A stretch of 61,629 nucleotides of DNA from a bacterium (lineage in GTDB: Bacteria; Bacillota; Clostridia; Oscillospirales; CAG-272), in assembly GCA_004558975.1 (NCBI GenBank), contig SFZB01000003.1:1-61629 (forward strand), written 5' to 3'. Numbering within the stretch: position 1 is the first letter of the stretch; each line of letters begins with the position of its first letter. The notes below the pieces were generated by a model. That model saw only the letters and a list, made by a program, of their open reading frames with translations. It searched no databases and was not told the origin of the DNA. The position numbers and the translations under genes were made by a program. Shown one piece after another: positions 8,468 to 18,102 of this stretch.

Positions 8468-9493
8468 ATGAAACGGGATTTTATTGATACCAATGATTTT
8501 ACCAAAGAAGAAATTCTCGATATTGCGGAGTTGTCGCTCGCTATTAAGCGGTCGATCCGCGCGGGGTATTACCCGCAGTTTATGAAAGACATGACGCTGG
8601 CGATGATCTTCCAGCAGTCGTCGACGCGTACCCGCGTCTCCTTCGAGACCGCCATGAGCCAGATGGGCGGGCACGCCCAGTATCTCGGCCCCGGCATGAT
8701 CCAGCTCGGCGGGCATGAGACGATCGGGGACACGGGCAGAGTTCTTTCTTACCTTGTGGATATTGTCATGGCGCGCGTCATTGAGCACAAGACCGTCGTC
8801 GAACTCGCCGAGGCGTGCTCGGTGCCGGTGCTGAACGGAATGTCGGACTACAACCATCCGACGCAGGAGATCGGCGACCTCTGCACCATTCTCGAGAATC
8901 TGCCGCGCGGCAAGCGCCTCGAGGACTGTAAGGTGGTGTTCGTCGGCGACGGTACGCAGGTCTGCGCGTCGCTCGGATTCCTCACGACCAAGCTCGGCAT
9001 GCACTTCGTCCATTACGGTCCCCGCGGGCATCAGCTCGGCGAGGAGCACAAGCGCATTATGGAGGAGAACTGCCGCGTCTCGGGCGGTACCTTTGAGGTC
9101 ACGGACAAGCGGGACAGCGTGCGCGGCGCCGACTTCATCTACACCGACGTGTGGTACGGGCTGTACGAGAACGAGATGCCGAAAGAAGAGCGCGTGCGCG
9201 TGTTCCACGACTATCAGGTCAACCGCGAACTGATGGAACTCGGAAATATCGGGTGCAAGTTCATGCACTGTCTGCCCGCGACCCGTGGGGAGGACGTCAC
9301 CGACGAGGTGCTGGACTCCGATGCGTCGCTCTGTTGGGAGGAGGCGGGCAACCGCCTGACCGCGATGCGCGGGCTCCTCGTCTACCTGACGCACGACCGC
9401 AAGAAACCGAGCGGTGTCGTCCTCGCCGCCGCCAAGGAAGAGCTCGACGCCTTCATGGAAGCGCGCATCGACAAGAAGAAAAAATCCGAATAA
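8468..9493 (+). CDS. ptcA: putrescine carbamoyltransferase (ornithine/putrescine carbamoyltransferase family)
   Basis: Contains [22 protein letters not shown] and HCLP motifs. As I recall it, the sequence is closely similar to Enterococcus faecalis PtcA. Context with aguD/aguA/carbamate kinase supports the call. Confidence 0.8.
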   Translation: MKRDFIDTNDFTKEEILDIAELSLAIKRSIRAGYYPQFMKDMTLAMIFQQSSTRTRVSFETAMSQMGGHAQYLGPGMIQLGGHETIGDTGRVLSYLVDIVMARVIEHKTVVELAEACSVPVLNGMSDYNHPTQEIGDLCTILENLPRGKRLEDCKVVFVGDGTQVCASLGFLTTKLGMHFVHYGPRGHQLGEEHKRIMEENCRVSGGTFEVTDKRDSVRGADFIYTDVWYGLYENEMPKEERVRVFHDYQVNRELMELGNIGCKFMHCLPATRGEDVTDEVLDSDASLCWEEAGNRLTAMRGLLVYLTHDRKKPSGVVLAAAKEELDAFMEARIDKKKKSE

Positions 9494-9542
9494 CAAACGG
9501 GGTGGTGCCGGGGAAACCGGCACCGCCCGGAGGAAATAGACG

Positions 9543-10937
9543 ATGGAAAACAAAACAAAAAAGTTTCATCTCGCGTCGGTGATTCTGTCGGTCATCTGCG
9601 TGGTCTTTGTAGTGGAGGCGGCGGCACCCGTCGCGTCCATCGGGAACAGCCAGTATTTCTGGTGGATTTTTATGATGCTCCTGTTCCTTTTGCCGTACGG
9701 CATGATCGCGGCGGAGCTCGGTACGACCTACGTCGGGGACGGCGGGCTTTACGACTGGGTGAATACCGCCTATCCCACGACCAAGTGGGGCGCGCGCGTC
9801 GCATGGTACTATTGGATCAACTTCCCGCTCTGGATGGCGTCGCTCGCCGTCATCTGTCCGCGCCTGCTCGGCACGATGTTCGGGTGGAACCCGTCGCCTT
9901 TTGTCTCGCTCACGATTGAACTCGCGTTCATCTGGATCGTGACGATCGTCGCGTTCTTCCCGGTCTGCGACAGTATCTGGATCCTGAACCTCAGCGCCGC
10001 CGTCAAGGTCGTGCTCGCGTTCGCCGTCGGCGGGCTCGGCGTGTGGTACGTCACCCGCCACGGCTTTGCGAACGCCGGGGGCTTTGTGACCTATCTGCCG
10101 TCCTTCCGTCCCGCGAGTCTTTCCTATATCTCGGTCATTATCTTTAACTTCCTCGGCTTCGAGGTGGTCTGCACCTACGCCGACAACATGACGAAACCGA
10201 AACGGCAGATCCCGCAGGCAATCGTCGCCGGCGGTATCGCCATTGCGGTCATCTATCTCTTCTCCGCGTTCGGCATCGGTGCCGCCGTACCGACCGACAG
10301 GATTAACACGGATACGGGGCTCATCGACGCGGTGTCGCTCATCACGGGGCGTACCGGCGGGTTCCTCGTCGGTCTGGTGGCGTTCCTCTTCCTCATCACG
10401 CTGTTCGGGAACATGATCTCCTGGTCGATGGGCGTCAATTCGATCGCCGCCTACGCCGCCGACCGCGGCGATATGCCGCGCGCGTTCTCGCTCCGCTGGG
10501 AGAAGAACGGGATGCCGATCGGTGCCGCGCTGACCTCCGGCATCGTGGCGAGCGTCGTGTGTCTCGCCGGGGTGCTGATGGAGGTACTCGCGCCCGAGTC
10601 CTCTCTCTTCTGGAGCTTCTTCGCCCTCAATCTCGTGATGCTCCTGCTCTCGTATATCCCCGTTTTCCCGGCGTTCCTGCGCCTGCGGAAGACCGACCCC
10701 GAGCGTGAGCGCCCGTTCCGCGTCCCCGGCGGGCAAAAGACCGCCGCATGGATTGCGTATGTGCCGATGGTGCTGACCATTCTCTCGGTGTTTTTTACCG
10801 CGATCCCGCTCTCCTTTGATCGGGAGACGCTCGCGTCGTTCCTCCCCATTACGATCGGCTCGATATTGGCTGTCGTGATCGGTGAAATTCTCATCCGGCT
10901 CCGCGCCGGTCGTGCGTCTGCCAAAGAGACAGACTGA
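9543..10937 (+). CDS. aguD: APC-family amino acid permease, probable agmatine:putrescine antiporter
   Basis: 464 aa with about 12 hydrophobic helices. It sits between ptcA and aguA. RBS ggagga. Confidence 0.75.
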   Translation: MENKTKKFHLASVILSVICVVFVVEAAAPVASIGNSQYFWWIFMMLLFLLPYGMIAAELGTTYVGDGGLYDWVNTAYPTTKWGARVAWYYWINFPLWMASLAVICPRLLGTMFGWNPSPFVSLTIELAFIWIVTIVAFFPVCDSIWILNLSAAVKVVLAFAVGGLGVWYVTRHGFANAGGFVTYLPSFRPASLSYISVIIFNFLGFEVVCTYADNMTKPKRQIPQAIVAGGIAIAVIYLFSAFGIGAAVPTDRINTDTGLIDAVSLITGRTGGFLVGLVAFLFLITLFGNMISWSMGVNSIAAYAADRGDMPRAFSLRWEKNGMPIGAALTSGIVASVVCLAGVLMEVLAPESSLFWSFFALNLVMLLLSYIPVFPAFLRLRKTDPERERPFRVPGGQKTAAWIAYVPMVLTILSVFFTAIPLSFDRETLASFLPITIGSILAVVIGEILIRLRAGRASAKETD

Positions 10938-10945
10938 AAGGAATC

Positions 10946-12058
10946 ATGATGGCAAAACGAATCATCGGCTCAACGCCGAAACAGGACGGCTACCGTATGC
11001 CGGCGGAATACGAAAAACAGGCGGGTGTCTGGATGCTCTGGCCCGAGCGCCCGGACAACTGGCGGCAGGGCGCCAAGCCCGCGCAGGAAGCGTTCGCCAA
11101 CGTCGCGCGCGCCATTCTGCCGTTTGAGCGCGTGACGGTGGGCGTCTCACCCGCCCAGTATCAGAACGCCCGCGCCAAGCTCCCGCCCGAGGTGCGCGTC
11201 GTGGAATTGCAGAGCGACGATGCGTGGGTGCGTGACTGCGGTCCGACGTTCCTCATCAATGACCACGGCGGTCTCCGCGCCGTGGACTGGACGTTCAACG
11301 CATGGGGTGGTCTTTACGACGGGTTGTATTTCCCCTGGGCGTATGACGACCAGATCGCGCAGAAGATCTGCGAGATCGAAGGGGTGGACTCCTATCGCAC
11401 CGAGGGCTTTGTCCTCGAGGGCGGCTCCATCCATGTGGACGGGGAGGGGACTGTCATGACGACGGAGATGTGCCTGCTCTCGCCCGGGCGCAATCCCGAT
11501 ATGAATCAAGAAGAGATCGAAAAAATGCTCCTCGATTACCTCGGGTGCGAAAAGGTCATCTGGCTGAAAGACGGCATCGACCCCGACGAGACAAACGGGC
11601 ATATCGACGACGTGGCTTGCTTTGTGCGCCCCGGGGAGGTCGCCTGCATTTGGACGGAGGACAAAGAGAATCCGTTCTATGAGGCGGCACAGGCGGCATA
11701 CCGTACGCTCTCGGAGGCGACGGACGCCAAGGGGCGGCGCCTGAAGGTGCACAAGCTGTGTCTGACCAAAAAGCCGTGCCTGCTTGAGGGCGCGGAAACC
11801 ATCGACTACGCCGAGGGGAGCATCCCGCGCAAGAATGGGGAAGTCAGCATCGCCTCCTATATGAACTTCCTCATCGTCAATGGGGCGGTCATTCTGCCGC
11901 AGTACGGCGACGAGAACGACGCGCTCGCCCGCGAGCAGGTGCAGGCGATGTTCCCCGATCGGAAGGTGGTCGGTGTCATGACGCGTGAAGTCGCATTCGG
12001 CGGCGGGAATATCCACTGTATCACCCAGCAGGTGCCCGACCCCGAGGGAGGACGCTGA
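10946..12058 (+). CDS. aguA: agmatine deiminase
   Basis: Contains MPAEYEKQAGVWMLWPERPDNWR. The C-terminus ...GGGNIHCITQQ carries the catalytic Cys context of the guanidino-modifying superfamily. Confidence 0.9.
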   Translation: MMAKRIIGSTPKQDGYRMPAEYEKQAGVWMLWPERPDNWRQGAKPAQEAFANVARAILPFERVTVGVSPAQYQNARAKLPPEVRVVELQSDDAWVRDCGPTFLINDHGGLRAVDWTFNAWGGLYDGLYFPWAYDDQIAQKICEIEGVDSYRTEGFVLEGGSIHVDGEGTVMTTEMCLLSPGRNPDMNQEEIEKMLLDYLGCEKVIWLKDGIDPDETNGHIDDVACFVRPGEVACIWTEDKENPFYEAAQAAYRTLSEATDAKGRRLKVHKLCLTKKPCLLEGAETIDYAEGSIPRKNGEVSIASYMNFLIVNGAVILPQYGDENDALAREQVQAMFPDRKVVGVMTREVAFGGGNIHCITQQVPDPEGGR

Positions 12059-12059
12059 G

Positions 12060-13001
12060 ATGGCACGGATCGTAGTGGCGCTCGGGGGGAACGCCCTCGG
12101 GAACAACCCACAGGAACAGGCAGAGCGTGTCCGCGTTGCCGCGGCGTCGCTCGTGCGCCTGATCGAAGAGGGAAACGAGATCGTCGTCAGCCACGGGAAC
12201 GGCCCGCAGGTCGGCATGATCCGGCTCGCCTTTGACCGCGCGAGCGCGGACGGCAAGGGCGGCGTCGCCAAAATGCCGCTCGAGATCTGCACGGCGATGA
12301 GCCAGGGCTATATCGGGTATCAACTTGAAGCGGGTCTGAAACAGGCGCTCGCCGAGCGGCGACTGCCGTGGCAGGTGGCGACGGTGCTGACGCAGGTGAC
12401 GGTCTCCCCGGACGACCCCGCCTTCGGGAACCCGACGAAACCGATCGGGGCATTCTATGACGAGGAGACCGCCCGTCGCATGATGGAAGAGACGCCGGGG
12501 CTCCTCATGCGCGAGGACGCGGGACGCGGCTGGCGGCAGGTGGTGCCGTCGCCGAAGCCGCAGGAGATCATCGAGGATCAGGCGATCCGCGCCCTGCTCG
12601 AAAAGGAGTTTGTCGTCATCGCCTGCGGCGGTGGGGGCATTCCCGTCGTGCGCGGTCGGGGCGGGAGCCTCACGGGCGTGGAGGCGGTCATCGACAAGGA
12701 TTTCGCATCCGCGAAACTCGCCGAGGTGGTCGGGGCGGAGTGCCTTCTGATCCTCACGGCGGTGGAACACGTCTGCATCGGCTACGGCAGATCCGACGAG
12801 AGGGAACTCTCGCACATGACGGTCGCGGAGGCGACGGCGCACATCGCGGCGGGGGAATTTGCCCCCGGTTCCATGCTCCCGAAAGTGGAGGCGGCAGTCG
12901 CTTTTGCACGCGGGGGCGCGGGGCGCCGCGCCGTGATTGCCTCACTCGACCATGCCCTCGACGCCGTGCGCGGCAAGAGCGGTACGACGGTCACGCTCTG
13001 A
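12060..13001 (+). CDS. arcC: carbamate kinase
   Basis: From ATG 12060 the ORF reads MARIVVALGGNALG...VVSHGNGPQVG. This start lies 1 nt after the aguA stop, with RBS gagggagga. The track start at 11985 overlaps aguA without an RBS. Confidence 0.9.
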   Translation: MARIVVALGGNALGNNPQEQAERVRVAAASLVRLIEEGNEIVVSHGNGPQVGMIRLAFDRASADGKGGVAKMPLEICTAMSQGYIGYQLEAGLKQALAERRLPWQVATVLTQVTVSPDDPAFGNPTKPIGAFYDEETARRMMEETPGLLMREDAGRGWRQVVPSPKPQEIIEDQAIRALLEKEFVVIACGGGGIPVVRGRGGSLTGVEAVIDKDFASAKLAEVVGAECLLILTAVEHVCIGYGRSDERELSHMTVAEATAHIAAGEFAPGSMLPKVEAAVAFARGGAGRRAVIASLDHALDAVRGKSGTTVTL

Positions 13002-13030
13002 CGGGGAAAGCCGATAAAACTGTAACAAAA

Positions 13031-13065
13031 ACGGGGAGAAGCCGAAAACAATGGCTTCTCCCCGT
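13031..13065 (+). terminator. hairpin after carbamate kinase (weak terminator)
   Basis: Hairpin acggggagaagcc-gaaaacaat-ggcttctccccgt. The T tract is poor. Confidence 0.4.
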
Positions 13066-13150
13066 CGTATGATGCCTCGGGTCAAGTGCGGCGCCGTATC
13101 GAATAGCCGCCGGGAAGTAACAAAAAGTACGTTTTATAGGGCTGTTTTTC

Positions 13151-13159
13151 TGCTATGCT
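13151..13159 (+). promoter_or_regulatory. extended -10 promoter element (TGcTATGCT) for the LRR gene
   Basis: TG at 13151-13152 and TATGCT at 13154-13159, 23 nt upstream of the ATG. Confidence 0.4.
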
Positions 13160-13181
13160 GAGAGCGTAGGAGGAAAGAGAG

Positions 13182-14207
13182 ATGCAAACGGTCAAAAGCA
13201 GTTTTGACGTCACGCCCGAGGGGCGGCTGGTATCGTATCGCGGCTATGAGAGCAACGTCATCGTGCCGACCGGCGTGACGGAGATCGGGGAGCGGGCGTT
13301 CTGGGGGGCGCGCCTGATGACGCGCCTGACGCTGCCCGCGTCGCTCCGCGTGATCGGGGCGTGGGGGTTTGCGGGCTGTACGTCGCTCCGCGAGGTCGCA
13401 TCTTTCGGCGGGGTCACGGACATCGGGGCGCACGCGTTCTTTTCCTGCACGGCTCTTGCGGAGGTGTGGCTCCCGCCGACCGTCCGCCGTATTGGTGCGG
13501 CGGCGTTCGACGGCTGTGCGACGCTCGGGTTCCTCTCGCTCCCCGAGGCACTCACGGACATCGGAGATATGACATTTCGCGGGTGCCGCAGCCTCCGGCG
13601 GGTGTCGGTGTCGCCAAAGAACCGTATGTTTTACGAGCGGGAGGGTGTGCTGTTCGACCGCTGCGGGCAGCTTGTGCGATACCCGCCGGGGCGGGACGCG
13701 TTCGCCTACACCGTACCGCCGGGGGTTCACTCTCTTGCCGACGGCGCCTTTTCCGAGGCAACCATGCTACGCGAGGTCGGACTCCCGGGGAGCCTCACAC
13801 GGATTGGGCAGGGGGCTTTCTATCGGGCGAAACATCTGCGCTCACTCGACCTGCCGCCCCGCGTGACGGAGATCGGCGCGGAGGCGTTCGGCGCCTGCGA
13901 GGCGCTCGCGCGCGTAGGCTTGCCCTGTGGGCTGACAACGGTGCCGCCGCTCGCCTTTTTCGGCTGTGCGGGGCTCACCGACGTCGCGCTCCCGCCCGGG
14001 GTGACGAAAATCGGGGAGGGAGCATTTCTCGGCTGTCGATCGCTCCGCTCGGTCACGGCGGTTCGTCTCCGCGTCGTCGGAGAGAATGCGTTCTCCGATT
14101 GCGTCTCGCTCCGCTCGGTCTCGGCAACGGCGCTCCCGCGGGTCGGGACAAACGGGAATGAGGCGTTTTTCACCGCCGCCGCACAAAAAAATCCGCGCGG
14201 GGGTTGA
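13182..14207 (+). CDS. leucine-rich repeat protein (BspA-type LRR)
   Basis: About 12 repeats of the ~23-aa pattern LxxVxLPxxVxxIGxxAFxxCxxL. No obvious signal peptide. Confidence 0.8.
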   Translation: MQTVKSSFDVTPEGRLVSYRGYESNVIVPTGVTEIGERAFWGARLMTRLTLPASLRVIGAWGFAGCTSLREVASFGGVTDIGAHAFFSCTALAEVWLPPTVRRIGAAAFDGCATLGFLSLPEALTDIGDMTFRGCRSLRRVSVSPKNRMFYEREGVLFDRCGQLVRYPPGRDAFAYTVPPGVHSLADGAFSEATMLREVGLPGSLTRIGQGAFYRAKHLRSLDLPPRVTEIGAEAFGACEALARVGLPCGLTTVPPLAFFGCAGLTDVALPPGVTKIGEGAFLGCRSLRSVTAVRLRVVGENAFSDCVSLRSVSATALPRVGTNGNEAFFTAAAQKNPRGG

Positions 14208-14232
14208 CAAATGCGCCCCGGGTGCGTATAAT
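14204..14232 (+). promoter_or_regulatory. consensus sigma-A promoter for the T-box leader
   Basis: TTGACA (14204-14209), 17-nt spacer, TATAAT (14227-14232). It overlaps the LRR stop codon. Confidence 0.75.
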
Positions 14233-14239
14233 AAGAACA

Positions 14240-14515
14240 ATCATAAACCGATGAGAAAGAGGAGTAGCGATACATTCCTTTTGCCAAGAGAGCCGCGGAT
14301 GGTGGAATCGCGGTCAAGAGCGTATCGTGAATGGACTTTTGAGGGCGATGCCGAGCGCGTCATGCGGGTAGGCACCGACGGGCTTGCCTCCGTTACCGGG
14401 CAGGACGTATGTTGGTACGTCGTGAGTGGCCGTCCCCCGAGACGGCAAGTTGGGTGGCACCGCAGAGTTTTATCTGCCCCGACAGCGTTTTTCGCTGTCG
14501 GGGTTTTATATTTTT
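14240..14515 (+). promoter_or_regulatory. T-box riboswitch leader, probable tRNA-Trp specificity
   Basis: Stem I GA/K-turn region atgagaaagaggagta (14251-14266). AGAGAG box (14286-14292) and ggtggaa distal loop (14301-14307). gaaUGGa specifier candidate (UGG at 14332-14334). T-box aagttgggtggcaccgc (14447-14463). Terminator ccccgacagcg-ttttt-cgctgtcgggg (14477-14503) followed by a U run. Confidence 0.85.
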
Positions 14516-14551
14516 CAAAGCGTGCGATCGCACGGGAAAGGAAGACATACC

Positions 14552-15922
14552 ATGAGCGAAATCCCTTACAAAATCTATCTGGAAGAATCGGAGATGCCGC
14601 GCGCATGGTACAACGTGCGCTCCGCAATGAAAGTGAAGCCGGCGCCGCTCCTGAACCCGGCGACCCTCCGCCCGATGACGGCGGACGACCTGCGCCCCGT
14701 CTTTTGCGACGAACTCATCGCGCAGGAACTCGATGACACGACGGAGTATTTCCCGATTCCGGAGGAAATCCGCAATTTCTATAAGATGTACCGTCCCTCG
14801 CCGCTCGTGCGCGCCTATTGCCTCGAAAAGGAACTCGGCACCCCTGCGAAGATTTACTATAAATTCGAGGGGAACAACACCTCCGGCAGTCATAAGTTAA
14901 ATTCCGCCATCGCGCAGGCATACTACGCGAAGAAGCAGGGGCTCCGCGGCGTGACGACCGAGACGGGCGCGGGTCAGTGGGGGACGGCGCTCTCCATGGC
15001 GTGCGCGTATCTGGGGCTGGACTGCAAGGTTTTTATGGTCAAGGTGAGTTATGAACAGAAGCCTTTCCGCCGCGAGGTCATGCGCACCTACGGCGCAGAC
15101 GTTACGCCCTCACCCTCCATGACCACCGCCGTCGGACGCAAAATCCTCGAGGAATTTCCCGGCACGGGCGGCTCTCTCGGCTGTGCCATTTCGGAGGCGG
15201 TCGAGGCGGCGACGACCCATGAGGGCTACCGCTATGTGCTCGGCAGTGTGCTGAATCAGGTGCTCCTGCATCAGAGCATCATCGGGCTGGAGTGCAAGAC
15301 CGCCCTCGACAAGTACGGTGTAAAGCCGGATATCATCATCGGCTGTGCGGGCGGCGGCTCTAACCTCGGCGGGCTGATTTCACCGTTTGTCGGTGAGCAG
15401 TTGCGCGGTGAGGCGAACTACCGTTTCATCGCCGTCGAGCCGGCGTCCTGCCCGAGCCTGACACGCGGCAAATTTGCTTATGACTATTGCGACACGGGCA
15501 TGGTCTGCCCGCTCGCCAAGATGTACACGCTCGGGAGCGGCTTTATGCCGGCGCCGAATCATGCCGGGGGGCTCCGCTATCACGGCATGAATACCGTCCT
15601 CTCGCAGTTGCACGCCGATGGGCTTCTCGAGGCGCGGTCGGTCGAGCAGACCAAGGTATTCGAGGCGGCGGAGCGGTTCGCCCGCTGCGAGGGGATCCTC
15701 CCGGCGCCCGAGAGCAGTCATGCCATCCGCGCCGCCATCGACGAGGCGCTCCTCTGCCGTGAGACGGGCGAGGAGAAGACCATTCTCTTCGGGCTGACCG
15801 GTACGGGCTACTTCGACATGACCGCCTACGGGCAGTACAATGACGGAAAGATGACCGATGATATCCCGACGGACGAGGATCTTGCCCGCGGGTTTGCCTC
15901 CATGCCCCGGATCGACATCTGA
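14552..15922 (+). CDS. TrpB2-type tryptophan synthase beta-like PLP enzyme
   Basis: Reads MSEIPYKIYL...YYKFEGNNTSGSHKLNSA (PLP-lysine context). It is about 456 aa long, with the N-terminal extension typical of TrpB2. Start at ATG 14552 with RBS gggaaaggaag. Confidence 0.85.
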   Translation: MSEIPYKIYLEESEMPRAWYNVRSAMKVKPAPLLNPATLRPMTADDLRPVFCDELIAQELDDTTEYFPIPEEIRNFYKMYRPSPLVRAYCLEKELGTPAKIYYKFEGNNTSGSHKLNSAIAQAYYAKKQGLRGVTTETGAGQWGTALSMACAYLGLDCKVFMVKVSYEQKPFRREVMRTYGADVTPSPSMTTAVGRKILEEFPGTGGSLGCAISEAVEAATTHEGYRYVLGSVLNQVLLHQSIIGLECKTALDKYGVKPDIIIGCAGGGSNLGGLISPFVGEQLRGEANYRFIAVEPASCPSLTRGKFAYDYCDTGMVCPLAKMYTLGSGFMPAPNHAGGLRYHGMNTVLSQLHADGLLEARSVEQTKVFEAAERFARCEGILPAPESSHAIRAAIDEALLCRETGEEKTILFGLTGTGYFDMTAYGQYNDGKMTDDIPTDEDLARGFASMPRIDI

Positions 15923-15961
15923 GCTCGTTTCGGCGCGTCGGAGACAGCCGTCAAAGGAGAT

Positions 15962-16013
15962 AAAAAGCAAAATGCAGTGCGGAGCCGCGATTTTTCGGCT
16001 CCGCACTGTTATT
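15962..16013. terminator. bidirectional intrinsic terminator (convergent gap)
   Basis: Hairpin cagtgcggagccg-cgattttt-cggctccgcactg (15975-16008), flanked by A-rich sequence upstream and T-rich sequence downstream. Confidence 0.75.
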
Positions 16014-16053
16014 CAGACGATCCGTCCGAGGTGTAAAATATGCGGACACGCCT

Positions 16054-16485
16054 TTAGAGATAGGGGCGCAGTTCCTTTTCCATGGTATCCTCGAGCGAGA
16101 TAAGGCGGCGCGCCACGTTCCGCGCACCCTCGTCGGCGTTCGGGTATTGGTTCAGATAACGGGAGAGCGACTTGACGCCCATGTGACACCCGTCGGTGAG
16201 CAGGGAGGCGATGGTTTCATCCGTGCAGTCAAAGCCCAGTTTCATGCCGGTCTTGACGTGCGCCATGCCCTTCGTCATCGGGTTCGGATCCTTGCCCTCG
16301 TCACCGTAGGTATCGAGCTGATCGCGGATTTCGCGCTGCATTTTGGCGTGGGAATTCTTCTGGTCTTCGATGTGGCGGCGGAAATCCTCGTGCGTGATTT
16401 TATCGTACACGTCCTCGATGGCGGATATGCCCATTTTGATGCCCGCGTCGCATTCGCGGAGCAGTTTGATCGTATCTTCTCGCAT
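16054..16485 (-). CDS. hypothetical helical protein (possibly a four-helix-bundle, ferritin-like/DUF2383-like family)
   Basis: 143-aa ORF with RBS aaaggag. The composition is all-helical and charged. The family guess is from memory only. Confidence 0.55.
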   Translation of the reverse strand: MREDTIKLLRECDAGIKMGISAIEDVYDKITHEDFRRHIEDQKNSHAKMQREIRDQLDTYGDEGKDPNPMTKGMAHVKTGMKLGFDCTDETIASLLTDGCHMGVKSLSRYLNQYPNADEGARNVARRLISLEDTMEKELRPYL

Positions 16486-16561
16486 GTGTGTCTCCTTTTC
16501 GGCGATTCATTGGTTCGCGTCTTTAGTGTGCCCCGCAGAGAACGCTTCAAACAAAACAGCC

Positions 16562-16607
16562 GACAAAAAGAAACGAAGAGGCGCCGCAAAATACGGCGCC
16601 TCTTCGT
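16562..16607 (-). terminator. intrinsic terminator after trkH
   Basis: Hairpin acgaagaggcgccg-loop-cggcgcctcttcgt (16573-16607), followed on the minus strand by ttctttttg. Confidence 0.75.
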
Positions 16608-16647
16608 GAAAAGAAAGATATAAAACAGAAAAAAGAACGGATTCGGT

Positions 16648-18093
16648 TTACTTTTTCAGCCACGTCGACGGCAGGCAGGTGAGCAGCAACGGATAGATCT
16701 CGAGCCGTCCGAGGAGCATCGCGACGGACAGGACGAACTTCGAGAATCCCGAGTAGGCGGAGAAACTCGAAAGTGTGGGACTGAAAAGAGGACCGATATT
16801 ATTGAAGCAGGTGATGGCGGCGCTGAGGTTGGTCTCGATCGTGAAAACGCTGTCTTTTTCCAGACAGAGCAAAAGGAATACGAGAACCGTCGACAGTGTG
16901 CAGAGCGCGAGATAGGAGTGAACGCCCGAGAGCGTATCGTCGTCGATGCGCTTGCCCTCCATTTTGACGACCGTGACGGTGCGGGGGTGCAGGACGCGCC
17001 GGAGTCTGCCCACCAAGGACTTGAAGAGAATGACGACGCGCGAGACCTTAAAGCCGCCGGCGGTCGAGCCCGCACACCCGCCGATCAGCATGAGTGTCAG
17101 CAGAACCGCTTTGGAGAGCGTCGGCCATAGGCTGATGTTCGCCGTCGTATAGCCCGTCGTCGTCATAATGGACGATGCCTGGAAGAAGGAGAGACGGAGT
17201 GCTTCGGCAAATCCCGAGCAAAGTGAGAAAATGTTATAGCAGATGAGCCCGGTCGCTCCGAGCATGATGCCGATATAGACCCAAAGTTCGGTACTGCGGA
17301 GCGCCGACGAGAATTTCCGCAGGAGCATGAGGTAGTAGAGGTTGAAGTTGATGCCGAAGAGAAACATAAAGACCGCGATGACCCATTGCAGATAGGGTGA
17401 GTAAGACGTGATGCTGCCGTTCCGGATGCCGAAGCCGCCCGTCCCGGCGGTGCCGAACGAGTGGACAAGGCTGTCGAAGAAGGGCATACCGCCCGCAAGC
17501 AGGAAGATCACCTCCAGCGCGGTCATGGCGATATAGATGATATAGAGGATCATCGCCGTCGTGCGGGCGCGGGGGACGAGTTTGTCGACGATGGGGCCGG
17601 GCATCTCGGCGCGGAGGATATGAATGGAACGCTCCGGTACGCGGACAGTGACCGCCATGACGAAGACGAGCACGCCCATGCCGCCGATCCAGTGAGTGAA
17701 GCTCCGCCAGAAGAGCAGACCGTGGCTCATGATCTCCACATTGTCGAGAATGGTGGCGCCCGTCGTCGTGAAGCCGCTGACCGTCTCGAAGAACGCGTCG
17801 ATAAAGACGGGGATTTCGCGGCTGATGACGAAGGGGAGCGCGCCGAAGAAAGAGACGGCGATCCACGCGAGCGCGACGATGACGAGCCCCTCTTTCGAGA
17901 ACAGCGTACGGTCTTTCGGGCGCATGGTCAGGCAGATCAGCCCTCCGACGGCAAGTGTGATGCCGATCGTGATGAGGAACGCCCAGGCGCACGTCTCACG
18001 ATAGATAATCGAGACGAGGAGCGGCAGGAGCAGGAGCGCCGCCTCGGTGATGAGCACCGACCCCGTCGTGAAGTAAATCATACGGTGGTTCAA
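16648..18093 (-). CDS. trkH: Trk/Ktr-type potassium uptake protein, membrane subunit
   Basis: 481-aa polytopic protein with repeated selectivity-filter-like T(T)GF/TGG segments (SGFTTTG, TAGTGGFG, MTTTGYT, STAGGFK). Follows trkA. TTG start 7 nt after GTGAGG. Confidence 0.9.
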   Translation of the reverse strand: MNHRMIYFTTGSVLITEAALLLLPLLVSIIYRETCAWAFLITIGITLAVGGLICLTMRPKDRTLFSKEGLVIVALAWIAVSFFGALPFVISREIPVFIDAFFETVSGFTTTGATILDNVEIMSHGLLFWRSFTHWIGGMGVLVFVMAVTVRVPERSIHILRAEMPGPIVDKLVPRARTTAMILYIIYIAMTALEVIFLLAGGMPFFDSLVHSFGTAGTGGFGIRNGSITSYSPYLQWVIAVFMFLFGINFNLYYLMLLRKFSSALRSTELWVYIGIMLGATGLICYNIFSLCSGFAEALRLSFFQASSIMTTTGYTTANISLWPTLSKAVLLTLMLIGGCAGSTAGGFKVSRVVILFKSLVGRLRRVLHPRTVTVVKMEGKRIDDDTLSGVHSYLALCTLSTVLVFLLLCLEKDSVFTIETNLSAAITCFNNIGPLFSPTLSSFSAYSGFSKFVLSVAMLLGRLEIYPLLLTCLPSTWLKK

Positions 18094-18102
18094 ACGGGCG
18101 CC

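Noticed and set aside
8441-10736. Minus-strand ORFs of 370 aa (8441-9553) and 427 aa (9453-10736).
   Set aside because: They are antisense to ptcA and aguD, so they are GC3 artefacts.
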